The position numbers were made by a program, and so were the translations under genes. The notes beneath the pieces are model-generated. The model saw only the letters and a list, made by a program, of their open reading frames with translations. It was not told the origin of the DNA and ran no database searches. From assembly GCA_963708985.1 (NCBI GenBank), contig CAVPUQ010000002.1:155240-219239 (forward strand): 64,000 nucleotides of DNA, read 5' to 3'. Position 1 is the stretch's first letter. The number at the start of each line of letters is the position of its first letter. Positions 37,166 through 46,762 of the stretch are shown here, piece by piece. Source of the DNA: an uncultured Actinomycetes bacterium (lineage in GTDB: Bacteria > Actinomycetota > UBA4738 > HRBIN12).

Positions 37166-39349
37166 CTACGAGACCTCGGAGACCGAGAACTCGCGCGCGG
37201 CCGGCAGGGCGTCGAGCGGGAGCGTCGCCATCACGGTCGTGCCCTTGCCCAGCGTCGAGTGCACCATGAAGGTCCCGTTCGCGAGCTCGACGCGCTCGCG
37301 CATCGAGGCGAGGCCGACGCGACCCATCTGGAGGTACTCGCGAGCCTTCGCCGAGTCGAACCCCACGCCGTCGTCCGTGATCTCGAGCCGCAGCTGCCTG
37401 CCGACGGCTTCGACGGTGAGGGCCACGCGCGTCGCCTCGGCGTGCTTGCTGGAGTTCGAGAGCGCCTCCTGGACGATGCGGTAGGCGAGCGTCTCGAGGT
37501 CCTGCGGGATCTCGGCGGTGCCGATGCCGATGAACTCCGTCTCGACCCCGTAGTCGGTCCCGTACTTGGCGAGCGTCTCGCGGAGCGCCGGGGTGAGGCC
37601 GCGCTCCTCGAGCAGCGGCGGACGGAGCCCCGACATCAGGCGCCGGAGGTTGTCCGCCTCCTCCGAGAGCTCCCTGCGGACCTTCGAGAGGATCTCGGTC
37701 CCCTCCTCGAGCTCGCCGGCCCGGAGCATCAGCAGGACGGCCTCGAGCGACAACGACGCGGCTGAGACCCCCTGGACCGGTCCATCGTGGAGGTCGCGGG
37801 CGATGCGGTTGCGCTCGTTCTCGATCGCGGCGTTCGTCCGCCTCATGATCCGGGTGCGGTCCTCGTCGCGGTCCTGCAGGAACTTGAAGAGCGAGCGGAT
37901 CGTCTGGTCGGCCACTCGAGAAGCCGTGACGTCGCGCACGAGGAGGAGGCGACGGGGCGGGTCGCTCGGGACGTCCGACGTCCTCGACTCGAGGTAGAAC
38001 GCGTTGCTCTCGCGTCGCAGGGTCCCTTGACCGGCCTGCGGCATCGTCGCGAAGGATTCATCGGCGTCGATCGAGGCCGCGAGCGCCGCCCACGGTTGCC
38101 CCTCGACGATGCTGCGAGGCAGGTCGATCATGCGACAGAATGCCTCGTTCGCGCGGACGATCGTGTTCTTGTGGTCGAGCTCGACGATGCCGTCGACGGC
38201 GGACTCGAACACCGTGCGCAGACGCTCCTCGGACTCCTGCAAGGTCTCGTTCGCACGCTGTAGGCGAGCGAGCGCCTTGTCGGTCTCGCGCAGGGCGACC
38301 TCCTTCTGGTCGAGGGCATCTTGCGCTTCCCGCGTGGCGGTCGTCCCGCGCACCTGGTTCACGAGGATCCGAAGCGCGATCGCCACGGCGAGCACGGCGA
38401 TCAACGCGGCGCCTTGGCTCGACCTGAGGTGTCCGGTGGTCTCGGCCCAGGCGACGAGTGCGAGTGCCGCGCACGCCGTCGTGACCGACAGCGTGGTGAG
38501 GAGCGCTCGCCCGTACCGGGTAGGCGATGTCGTCCGCTCGCCCACGCCGTGCCGGGGGATCACGTTCACGAGGAGCGCCAGCAGGAGCGGGGCCAGGACG
38601 AGCGGCAGTTCCGCGGAGGGGTTCCCCTGCTCGTAGACGCCCTCGACCGATCCCTCGGCGAAGACGAGGACCCCTGCCGCGAGGGCTCCGACCCCGAGCA
38701 GCTGGCCGACGTGCGCTTTCGTCGGGAGCCAGAGCGAGAGGGCGGCATAGGCGCCGAGGGCGGACGCGACCATGAGCGCGGCCACCCAGCTCCAGACCGC
38801 CTCCGAGGTGGTTGCGCCGACCGGTCGCAGGAACAGGTAGAGGGCACTGCCGACCGAGACCGAGATGAGCGCCACGTCCGCCACGATCTCGTGGCGGTCC
38901 GGGGCAGGCAGGTGCTCCCGGTACTCGATCCCCGCGGGGACGAGGAACAGGAAGCACACGAGCAAGAAGGCCTCGCCGTACGTGCCCGGCTTCGCCACGG
39001 GGTCGGCGACGTCGTGGTACCAGAAGAGGCCGGCGATCAAGCCCAATCCGAGGATCGCGATGGCGAGCCAGCGGGTGGAGCGCCATGCCTCGGGGTACCG
39101 CAGGCGGCTGAACGCCGCCACCGCCGAGAGCAGGGCCGAGCACGCCAGGACCGCGGAGCCGAGGCCGTTCGTCGAGCGCAGGACGTCGTCCCCGAGCAGA
39201 TACGTGGCGACCGCCGCGGCCGCGGCGATCAAGAGCAGGGTCGGGACGAGGGGGGCGTGCTGGCGCTGGTGGGCGGCGGCCATCAGGCTCCCATCATGCC
39301 CGAGCGCCGGGGGTGACTCCATCACCCGGTCTGGGTCTGCATCGGGCAC
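37166..39349 (-). CDS. Multi-pass membrane sensor histidine kinase (HisKA_3 / NarL-type) with PAS and coiled-coil regions
   Basis: 727 aa with 8 or more N-terminal TM helices. The PAS-like segment reads RTVFESAVDGIVELD. The H-box reads RIARDLHDGPVQGVSAASLSL. The HATPase region reads ...TDDGVGF...GLASMRERVELANG. Confidence 0.85.
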   Translation of the reverse strand: MPDADPDRVMESPPALGHDGSLMAAAHQRQHAPLVPTLLLIAAAAAVATYLLGDDVLRSTNGLGSAVLACSALLSAVAAFSRLRYPEAWRSTRWLAIAILGLGLIAGLFWYHDVADPVAKPGTYGEAFLLVCFLFLVPAGIEYREHLPAPDRHEIVADVALISVSVGSALYLFLRPVGATTSEAVWSWVAALMVASALGAYAALSLWLPTKAHVGQLLGVGALAAGVLVFAEGSVEGVYEQGNPSAELPLVLAPLLLALLVNVIPRHGVGERTTSPTRYGRALLTTLSVTTACAALALVAWAETTGHLRSSQGAALIAVLAVAIALRILVNQVRGTTATREAQDALDQKEVALRETDKALARLQRANETLQESEERLRTVFESAVDGIVELDHKNTIVRANEAFCRMIDLPRSIVEGQPWAALAASIDADESFATMPQAGQGTLRRESNAFYLESRTSDVPSDPPRRLLLVRDVTASRVADQTIRSLFKFLQDRDEDRTRIMRRTNAAIENERNRIARDLHDGPVQGVSAASLSLEAVLLMLRAGELEEGTEILSKVRRELSEEADNLRRLMSGLRPPLLEERGLTPALRETLAKYGTDYGVETEFIGIGTAEIPQDLETLAYRIVQEALSNSSKHAEATRVALTVEAVGRQLRLEITDDGVGFDSAKAREYLQMGRVGLASMRERVELANGTFMVHSTLGKGTTVMATLPLDALPAAREFSVSEVS

Positions 39350-39405
39350 GTCGGCGTAGGCCGGCTGGGGGAGGCGGGGGAGGGAGTGCTGGGCTGGGAG
39401 GGCGG

Positions 39406-40044
39406 CTACTCGATGAGCCGGCGGCGGAGCGCCTCGGCCACCGCGGCGGTGCGATCGGACGCGCCGAGCTTCTCGAAGATGTGCTCGAGGTGCGTCTTCA
39501 CGGTGTCCGGTGAGATGTACAGGCGCTCGGCGATGTCGCGGTTCGTGTGACCGAACGCGAGGAGCTGCAGCACCTCGATCTCGCGGGCGGTCAGGGTCTC
39601 GGCCTTGCGATCCTTCTCCTTCGCCTGGCTGAGCTCCTCGGCGAGAGCGACCACGAGCTGGGGGTCGATCACCATGTTGCCGCCGGCGACGAGGCGCACC
39701 GTCTGGATCAGGTGCTCGGCGTCCCGAGCCTTCAGCACGTATCCGCGGGCTCCCGAGCGCACGGCCTCGACGACGAACTGCCGGTCGTCATAGGCGGTGA
39801 GCATGATGACCCCGACCTTCGGGTACTGGTCTCGGATCAGCCTGGCGGCCTCGAGGCCATCCATCTCGGGCATCCGGATGTCCACGAGGGCGATCTCCGG
39901 ATCCTCGGCAGCCACGAGGTCGAGCAGCTCCTTCCCGTTCGAAGCCTCGCCGACGACCTCGATGCCCTCGGCCATGTCGAGGTAGCGCCGGAGACCCTGC
40001 CGTACCAGGGAATGGTCGTCCGCGATGGCTACTCGGATCGTCAC
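39406..40044 (-). CDS. NarL/LuxR family response regulator
   Basis: MTIRVAIADDHSLVRQGL...VDIRMPEMDG (REC); C-terminal LTAREIEVLQLLAFGHTNRDIAERLYISPDTVKTHLEHIFEKLG (LuxR HTH). Confidence 0.9.
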   Translation of the reverse strand: MTIRVAIADDHSLVRQGLRRYLDMAEGIEVVGEASNGKELLDLVAAEDPEIALVDIRMPEMDGLEAARLIRDQYPKVGVIMLTAYDDRQFVVEAVRSGARGYVLKARDAEHLIQTVRLVAGGNMVIDPQLVVALAEELSQAKEKDRKAETLTAREIEVLQLLAFGHTNRDIAERLYISPDTVKTHLEHIFEKLGASDRTAAVAEALRRRLIE

Positions 40045-40107
40045 CCGTCGCTCCCTTACTCCGTGGGCCGCTGTGCGGAACCCATCCTATATGTCGGCGC
40101 GTAGGCG

Positions 40108-41316
40108 TCAGAAGATGTAGTACCAGTTCACGAAGAGGGGCACGAGCAGACCGAGCCCCGCCGCCCCCACCGCGGCCACCGCCCAGCGGGGGACGCGCCA
40201 CCGTCCGAGCACCTCGGCCATCACCCAGAAGGCCGGGAACATGGGAAGGACGAACCTCGGCATCGACATCAGAGGTCGATCCTGGAAGATGAACGAGAGC
40301 GGCGTGAGGAGTCCGCTCCACAGGAAGACGCGGAAGGCCCACCGGTACCTGGTCAGGGCGAGCACCGAGGCCGCGAGCACCGGCAGGACGAGCAGCCAGT
40401 CGATCAGCCAGTACGAGCCGTTGGTGTTCCCGACGTAGCGGAAGGCCGCCTTGGTGCCCTGGACCAGCGTGCTCCACGGCCACGCGAACACGCGCTCCCA
40501 GTTCACCTGTTGGTGGATCGGCGCGAGCCAGTCGCCGGTCTTCGCCTGCCAGAACAGGAGGTACGCGAGCGTCCCAAGACCCGTCGCGAGCGCGGCCCAG
40601 ATCCCGCGGAACGGTGGCCGGTCACCCTCGCGCCACTGCTGGATGGCCTCGACGAGGAGCGCCGCGCCAACGACGACGCCGATGTTGCGGGTGAGTGCCG
40701 CGCCGAAGCCCGCCGTGGCCGCGAGCGGCCACCGGCCACGTCGCGCAGCCCACAGTGCGGTGACGGCGAGCAGCAAGAAGACCGGCTCGCTGTAGGGCGC
40801 GAACCAGAAGAACGCCGTTGGGAACACGCAGAGCAGGATCACCGTTGTGCGCGCGACCGCATCCGAGATCTCCACGCGGGTGAGGTCGTACAGGACCGTG
40901 AGGGCGCCGAGCAGCGCCGCGTTCGAGACCAGCAGGGCCGCGGCCAAAGGCCGTCCGCCGAGCACGACCGACACGAACCTGGTGAGGAGCGGATACAGGG
41001 GGAAGAAGGCGGCGCTGCCGTCGGCGGCCCGGTAGCCCTGGTCGGCGATCCGTAGGAACCAGAGCGCGTCGAACCGCTCCCACACCGTGAACAGGTTGTG
41101 CCAGCCGGGGTCCGGGAGCGTGTGTGCCGGCCAGCCCGGCACCGAGACGGGGTCGAGCGGCGGGAACAGCCCCGGCGAGAGCAGTCCGAGCACGAAGAGC
41201 CCGACCCGCACGCCGAGGAACACCTTCACGGCGAAGACGAACCCCGTCCGGAGCGAGGAGCGCGTGCCCGGGCTCCGAGGTGTTTGCGCCCCCGAGGTCC
41301 CGGCGGCCGTGCTCAC
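40108..41316 (-). CDS. Integral membrane glycosyltransferase (GT-C fold, DUF2029/GT87-like mannosyltransferase family)
   Basis: About 402 aa with 10 or more TM helices. GTG at 41316 overlaps the upstream stop (GTGA). The 822-aa ORF start is a run-on. Confidence 0.6.
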   Translation of the reverse strand: MSTAAGTSGAQTPRSPGTRSSLRTGFVFAVKVFLGVRVGLFVLGLLSPGLFPPLDPVSVPGWPAHTLPDPGWHNLFTVWERFDALWFLRIADQGYRAADGSAAFFPLYPLLTRFVSVVLGGRPLAAALLVSNAALLGALTVLYDLTRVEISDAVARTTVILLCVFPTAFFWFAPYSEPVFLLLAVTALWAARRGRWPLAATAGFGAALTRNIGVVVGAALLVEAIQQWREGDRPPFRGIWAALATGLGTLAYLLFWQAKTGDWLAPIHQQVNWERVFAWPWSTLVQGTKAAFRYVGNTNGSYWLIDWLLVLPVLAASVLALTRYRWAFRVFLWSGLLTPLSFIFQDRPLMSMPRFVLPMFPAFWVMAEVLGRWRVPRWAVAAVGAAGLGLLVPLFVNWYYIF

Positions 41317-42527
41317 GCGGGGACCGGGTCGGCCTCGGCGGGGGAGGGCCGCAGGTCGCGCTGCGGCCTCCGCACCCACTCGACGAGGCACCACACGAGC
41401 ACGGCGGCCCGGACGAGCACCGCGACCTGGAACGCGTCGATGGGCAGGCCGCCGAACCCGCCGAGTTGGCCGAACCACGAGAAACGGGTGACGAACACCG
41501 CGGTGTCGGCGACCGAGAAGGCGACGAACGCGCTTGGCGAGGGAAGGACGAGCGCGAACCAGGGCAGGAGCCACAGCCCGTACTGCGGCGAGTAGACCTT
41601 GTTCGTGAGCAGGAACAGCAGCAGGATCGGCAGTCCGAGCGTCCAGCGCGCGAAGTTGGGTTCGCGCCGGCGCTTGAGCCACCAGACGAACGCGCTCGAC
41701 GCGACGAACAGGACGAGCGAGGCGACGTTGATGAGCCGGGTCGGCTCGCAGTGCAGCTCGCCGGTGATCCGGTGGCAGGCGATGAACCACAGGCTGTCCC
41801 AATCCGCGGGGCGCTCGGAGTTGAATGCGAAGAACCGCCACCATGACGAGGGCGCGGCGAGCGCGAAGGGAGCGTTGACGGCCAACCAGGTGCCGATCGA
41901 CGCCCATGCAAGGTGGATGCCGCCGTCGGGGTCGCGCTCGCGGAACCGCCCCGCCACGAACGGGATGACGAGCAGCGCCGGATAGAGCTTCGCCGCGGCC
42001 CCGAGTCCGAGGAGCACGCCGGATGCGACGTGTTGTCGGCGAAGGTAGGCGAGCGTGGCGGCCGTGGCGAACGCGACCGCGACGAGGTCCCAGTTCATGA
42101 AGGCGTAGACCGCGAGTGTCGGCGCGAGCGCGAAGTACAGCGCCCGGGCACCGACGAGCAGGTAGAGGCAGAGAGCGGTCACGAACGCCGCGAGCGCCAG
42201 GAGCACGACGTTCGCGGCGAAGAAGCCGGCCACGCCGTCGGATACCCACGCCGCCACGCGCATGGTGTACATGGACAGGACGGGGTACTCGTCGCACTGA
42301 CCGTCGCTCTCCACGCAGGCGTCGAGGTAGGGGAGTCGGTCGCCGGTCAGCTGCTCGGTCCCCAGGAGCGGGACGATGTCCGAGTAGCACAGTCGGGTGT
42401 ACTGGCGGCCGTTGCCCCAGTCCCCGCTCGCGCAGGGTGCCTTCACCGCGAGGCCGAGGGCGAGCGTCGCCGTGAGGCACGTGAGGAGGACCCCGAGCCC
42501 GATCCGACGCCGCGCCTGTTCGCTCAC
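41313..42527 (-). CDS. Integral membrane glycosyltransferase (DUF2029/GT87-like, PimE-like), paralogous neighbour
   Basis: ...CASGDWGNGRQYTRLCYSDIVPLLGTEQLTGDRLPYLDACVESDGQCDEYPVLSMYTMR... plus multiple TM helices. The start is uncertain (GTG about 42527 or an upstream ATG). Confidence 0.55.
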   Translation of the reverse strand: MSEQARRRIGLGVLLTCLTATLALGLAVKAPCASGDWGNGRQYTRLCYSDIVPLLGTEQLTGDRLPYLDACVESDGQCDEYPVLSMYTMRVAAWVSDGVAGFFAANVVLLALAAFVTALCLYLLVGARALYFALAPTLAVYAFMNWDLVAVAFATAATLAYLRRQHVASGVLLGLGAAAKLYPALLVIPFVAGRFRERDPDGGIHLAWASIGTWLAVNAPFALAAPSSWWRFFAFNSERPADWDSLWFIACHRITGELHCEPTRLINVASLVLFVASSAFVWWLKRRREPNFARWTLGLPILLLFLLTNKVYSPQYGLWLLPWFALVLPSPSAFVAFSVADTAVFVTRFSWFGQLGGFGGLPIDAFQVAVLVRAAVLVWCLVEWVRRPQRDLRPSPAEADPVPA

Positions 42528-42792
42528 CGGCCGGATTCTCGCATCGGCGGCGAGCGGAGCAGGGATGTCCGAGCACCGGTCACCCAACCTGGACGTGAAG
42601 CGGGGCCGCCGAGGGGGAGGCGGCCCCACCATCACCTCCCGGCGGCGGGCTCTCCGACCGCCTTCCGGGAAACGAGCGGTGCCGAGGCCCCGCCCGCTGT
42701 TCTCATGCCGTCCACCTACGTTTCGGTCCGAGGGGCGCGTGGCCTGAGCGGGCGGCGAGAAGATTCCGAGCCGCCTGCCCTTGGGTAGTCCC

Positions 42793-43699
42793 TCACTCGG
42801 GACGGGGTGGCAGGGTGATGCGGACGACGGTGCCGGGTCCGATGTCATCCTCGGTTCCTGGGCGATCCTCGATCTCGATCTCTCCGCCCTGACCGAGCAC
42901 GTGAGCGCGCGCGACGAACAGCCCCACGCCCGCGCCGGGCGTCTTCTCGTAGCCGGGGGGGCGCCACGTGACGCCGCGCCGGACCACCTCGAGGCGACGG
43001 TCGAGGGGAACACCCGGACCCGTGGTCCGCGACCTCCACCACGGCCGAGCGGTCCTCGGCGCGGAACGCGCGCACCTCGATCGGCGCGTCGGGCGGGGAG
43101 AACCGCGACGCGTTGTCGACGATGGCCGCGAGCGCCTCGCCGAGCCGCAGGCGGTCGACGCGCACGTGGAGGTCGGGTTCGACTTCCACCCGGAGCGGAT
43201 GCTCGCCGTGGGGGACCTGGGCCGCGGCCTCCTCGACGAGCGCCCCCAGGTCCTCATCGCGCAGGTCGTATCGGAGTCCGTCGGCCTCGATCCGGAGCGC
43301 CATCGAGATCTGCTCGACGGCACGGCGCAGCCGCGAAGACTCTTCGTCGATGAGCACGAAGAACGCCGCGCGGTCCTCGTCGGTCATCTCGGCTGCACCG
43401 CGCAGCCCGGACGCCGAGAGCGACCGGAGGGACAGGAGCGGGCCGCGGAGCTCCTCGGCGATGTGCTCGGCGGTCGCGGCGCGCTCGAGGGCCGGGTCGA
43501 CGACCCTCCGCGAGACCGCCCACACCGCCCCCACGACCACGGTCAAACCGAAGCACGCCGCGGCGAGCAACACCCACGTGTCCACGCCACCGCCGCCGCT
43601 CGGGTCCGCCAGGGCGGCGCCGAGGAGGAGCGCCGTGGCCGACGCGGAGACGATCGTCATCACGATCGACCACCGCCGTAGCCGTGCGCGCTCGCCCAC
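42793..43699 (-). pseudogene. Sensor histidine kinase with 2 TM helices and a C-terminal HATPase domain; frameshift at a GGG run near 43030
   Basis: Frame 1 reads ...AVVEVADHG(SGCS...). Frame 2 reads (RTTGP)GVPLDRRLEVVRRGVTWRPPGYEKTPGAGVGLFVARAHVLGQGGEIEIEDRPG...TVVRITLP. The joined sequence ADHGPGVPLD is a canonical G1/G2 box. The H-box-like AEELRGPLLSL lacks the expected His. Confidence 0.6.
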
Positions 43700-43736
43700 G
43701 GCCGGAGTCTATGGCCGTCGGCGTGCGGCGGGGCGG

Positions 43737-44525
43737 TCAGTCGTACGTGTGGTCGCCGTCGGGGAACGTGCCCGCCTGGACATCGGCGGCGAAGGCGCGG
43801 GCCGCCTCCGTGATGGTCCCGCGGAGGTCCGCGTATGCCCTCGCGAACTTGGGGAGGCGTTCGCTCACGCCGAGTAGGTCCGTGATGACGAGCACCTGCG
43901 CGTCGCACGCCGGGCCGGCGCCGATCCCGATCGTCGGGATCGGCATCGCCGCCGTGATCTCGCGCGCGAGCTCGGCGGGGACTCCCTCGAGCACGAGCGA
44001 GAACGCGCCCGCCTTGGCGATGGCGTGCGCCTGATCAGCGATCCGGCGCGCCGCCTCCTCGCCACGGCCTTGGACGCGGTAGCCACCCATCCCGTGGACC
44101 GACTGCGGGGTGAGACCGACGTGTCCCATGACCGGGATGCCGAGCTCGACGAGCCGGTTCGTGAGCTCGAGCTGCGGGCCCTCGAGCTTGACGGCGTGGG
44201 CGCCGCCCTCCTTGAGGAACCGCCCCGCGTTACGGATCCCCTCCTCGATCGAGACCTGGTACGAGAGGAAGGGCATGTCGCCGACCACCATGGCGGAGCG
44301 GGCGCCGCGGGCCACCGCCCGCGAGTGGTGGAGCATCTCCTCCATGGTCACGGGCAGCGTCGTCTCGTAGCCGAGGACGTTGTTGGCCAGGGAGTCGCCG
44401 ACGAGCAGCACGGGGATACCCGCCTCGTCGAGGATCCGCGCGGTCGGGAAGTCGTACGCGGTGAGCATCGCGAAGCGCCTGCCCTCCGCCTTCCACGCGC
44501 GCAGGTCGTGGATCGTCACCGTCAT
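43737..44525 (-). CDS. panB: 3-methyl-2-oxobutanoate hydroxymethyltransferase (ketopantoate hydroxymethyltransferase)
   Basis: 262 aa: ...FAMLTAYDFPTARILDEAGIPVLLVGDSLANNVLGYETTLPVTMEEMLHH...VKLEGP... Confidence 0.9.
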   Translation of the reverse strand: MTVTIHDLRAWKAEGRRFAMLTAYDFPTARILDEAGIPVLLVGDSLANNVLGYETTLPVTMEEMLHHSRAVARGARSAMVVGDMPFLSYQVSIEEGIRNAGRFLKEGGAHAVKLEGPQLELTNRLVELGIPVMGHVGLTPQSVHGMGGYRVQGRGEEAARRIADQAHAIAKAGAFSLVLEGVPAELAREITAAMPIPTIGIGAGPACDAQVLVITDLLGVSERLPKFARAYADLRGTITEAARAFAADVQAGTFPDGDHTYD

Positions 44526-44746
44526 GTCGCTCGCGCCTCCTTCATCGAGTGCACGGCAATACGCCCGAGCAGTCTACCCCGGAGCCTCGGATCGGCCGGC
44601 GACCGCGGTCGAGCCTGGTTCGGGTGCTCGGGTGTCGGACCCGGGTGCTAGGGTCGGCCTCGAGAGCAGCCGGTACACTCTGGAGGCCTACCCAGCATCC
44701 TGCTCCCCCTCGGAGGGGGGCCGTCCAGACCAGAGGAGGTGGGGAA

Positions 44747-45040
44747 CTGAGGCTGTACGAGGTCATGCTCATCCTGCCCGCGGAGGCCGACGAGTCGGTC
44801 GTCGGGCAGGCGGTCGAGCGCATCACCAAGGTCGTGGCCGATGGCGGTGGCGCCGTCGGCAACATCGACCGGTGGGGGCGCAGGCGGCTCGCGTTCGAGA
44901 TCGCCAAGCAGAACGAGGGCTACTACGTCGTGGTCGACTTCACGGCGGAGCCCGCGGTGATCAGGGAGCTCGAGCGCACGCTGCATCTCGCAGACGAGGT
45001 GTTGCGATTCAAGGTCGTCGTGAAGGGCGCGGCGGCCTAG
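44747..45040 (+). CDS. rpsF: 30S ribosomal protein S6, apparently with a non-canonical CTG start
   Basis: (L)RLYEVMLILPAEADESVVGQAVERITKVVADGGGAVGNIDRWGRRRLAFEIAKQNEGYYVVV... The homologous Met position is a CTG codon 7 nt after AGGAGG. No in-frame ATG, GTG or TTG is available upstream. Confidence 0.7.
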   Translation: MRLYEVMLILPAEADESVVGQAVERITKVVADGGGAVGNIDRWGRRRLAFEIAKQNEGYYVVVDFTAEPAVIRELERTLHLADEVLRFKVVVKGAAA

Positions 45041-45102
45041 GCAGCCTTCCCCCTTCCCGGGCTCACGCCATCACCCGGGAAGCGGCTTGCGATCGGAAGG
45101 TG

Positions 45103-45546
45103 ATGGAAGTGGCGAGCGACAACCAGATCATCATCGTCGGCAACCTGACGGACGACCCCGAGCTGCGGTACACGCCGAACGGCGCGGCCGTGGTGAAGTT
45201 CCGCGTCGCCGTGAACCGTCGCTACAAGGACGAGGCGGGGAACTGGAAGGATGGAGAGACGTCCTACTTCACCGTCAACGGCTGGCGGAGCCTGGCCGAG
45301 AACGTCGCCGAGTCCCTCACGCGGGGAACGCGCGTCGTCGTGGCCGGCCGCCTCCAGATGCGTTCCTGGGAAACCCAAGAGGGCGACAAGCGGACGGTGG
45401 TCGAGATCGAGGCCGACGAGGTCGGACCCAGCCTGCGATGGGCTACCGCGAAGGTCGAGCGGCAGGGTCGCTCGAGCGAATGGTCCGCGCCGGCTACGGT
45501 TGGCGCCCCGATGGCAGACGAGGAGACACCACTGGATGCCAACTAA
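45103..45546 (+). CDS. ssb: Single-stranded DNA-binding protein
   Basis: [107 protein letters not shown]... Confidence 0.9.
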   Translation: MEVASDNQIIIVGNLTDDPELRYTPNGAAVVKFRVAVNRRYKDEAGNWKDGETSYFTVNGWRSLAENVAESLTRGTRVVVAGRLQMRSWETQEGDKRTVVEIEADEVGPSLRWATAKVERQGRSSEWSAPATVGAPMADEETPLDAN

Positions 45547-45808
45547 GGCGAAGAAGAGACCCGCCAAGAAGGAGAAGGAAGACAAGGCCTGGCAGAAGAA
45601 GACCAAGCGCAAGATCTGCATCTTCTGCAAGGACCGGGTCGAATCCGTGGATTACAAAGACATAGGGACGCTGCGCAAGTTCGTGTCCGAACGGGGTAAG
45701 ATCCGCGCGCGCCGCGTCAGTGGCAACTGCTCGCAGCACCAGCGCGACGTGGCCACTGCTGTCAAGAACGCCCGCGAGATGGCGCTGCTACCCTTCTCGG
45801 CCCGATGA
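45536..45808 (+). CDS. rpsR: 30S ribosomal protein S18
   Basis: [86 protein letters not shown]. Confidence 0.9.
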   Translation: MPTKAKKRPAKKEKEDKAWQKKTKRKICIFCKDRVESVDYKDIGTLRKFVSERGKIRARRVSGNCSQHQRDVATAVKNAREMALLPFSAR

Positions 45809-46257
45809 AGATCATCCTCCAGAAGTCCGTCGACAAGCTCGGTCACCCCGGCGATATCGTCGAGGTTGCCGATGGGTACGCGCGCAACTACCTGATGCCT
45901 CGAGGTCTGGCGGTCAAGGCGACGCGCGGCGGTGTGAAGCACATCGACAGTCTCAGGCGGGCGCACGCGGTGCGCGTGAACGCGGCGAAGGCGGAGGCTG
46001 AGCAGGTCGCCTCACGGCTCGCCTCCACGCCCATCAAGGTCGCGGCTCACGCCGGCGAGGAGGGCAAGCTCTTCGGCAGCGTGACCGCGAACGACATCGC
46101 CGAGGCGATCGACCGGCAGACCGGCGTGCGGGTGGACCGGCACGACGTTCACCTCGACGAGCCGATCCGCTCGGTCGGTGCCCACGAGGTTCGCGTGCAC
46201 CTGTTCCCCGAGGTCGATCCGGTTCTCACGATCGAGGTCGAGCCCTCGGAGCGATAA
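45805..46257 (+). CDS. rplI: 50S ribosomal protein L9
   Basis: [40 protein letters not shown]... Its ATG overlaps the rpsR stop (ATGA). Confidence 0.9.
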   Translation: MKIILQKSVDKLGHPGDIVEVADGYARNYLMPRGLAVKATRGGVKHIDSLRRAHAVRVNAAKAEAEQVASRLASTPIKVAAHAGEEGKLFGSVTANDIAEAIDRQTGVRVDRHDVHLDEPIRSVGAHEVRVHLFPEVDPVLTIEVEPSER

Positions 46258-46762
46258 CCGCTCCAGCACCGGCCCCGGTCGCGCCGCGTGCGTGGCCGGG
46301 GCTGTCGTGTGTCCGCGGTGGTTCTGTGCGGGCCTTGCGTGGGCGCGCCGGAGGTCGGGCCCTCGCCCGAGCTGCTCGGTCCGCTTGGCTCGGTAGGCTC
46401 CGCGAGCGCTTTCCGCGGCCTCGACGACGCTCGGGCGAGACCCCTCCCCGCGCGCCACCCACGCTCCGCCCACCCCACCACCGGGCCGCTCCCACACCAC
46501 TGCCCCTCGCACGACCCCCGCGCCTCGACGACCCGACCCACGGACACCCTCCGCCTGAATCACAGGCGTGTCATTCCCCCGTGATACACACGTTTCCACA
46601 GGGTTCTCCACATGGGGAGATCGCAGGTGGGAGGCGGTGTGACAAGGAATCTGAGCTCGCGACCTGCGGCGGAGGAAACCCACCGCGTTTTCCGATGCCG
46701 ACGGACCATGCCGAGGTCTAGCGTTCCGACGCCGGGGGGATGGATAGAGGGGGTGGGGTTCG

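Noticed and set aside
40108-42576. 822-aa ORF treated as a single glycosyltransferase
   Set aside because: The N-terminal 420 aa in this frame are Arg/Pro-rich and overlap the upstream GT gene. The true start is the GTG at 41316 that overlaps the upstream stop.
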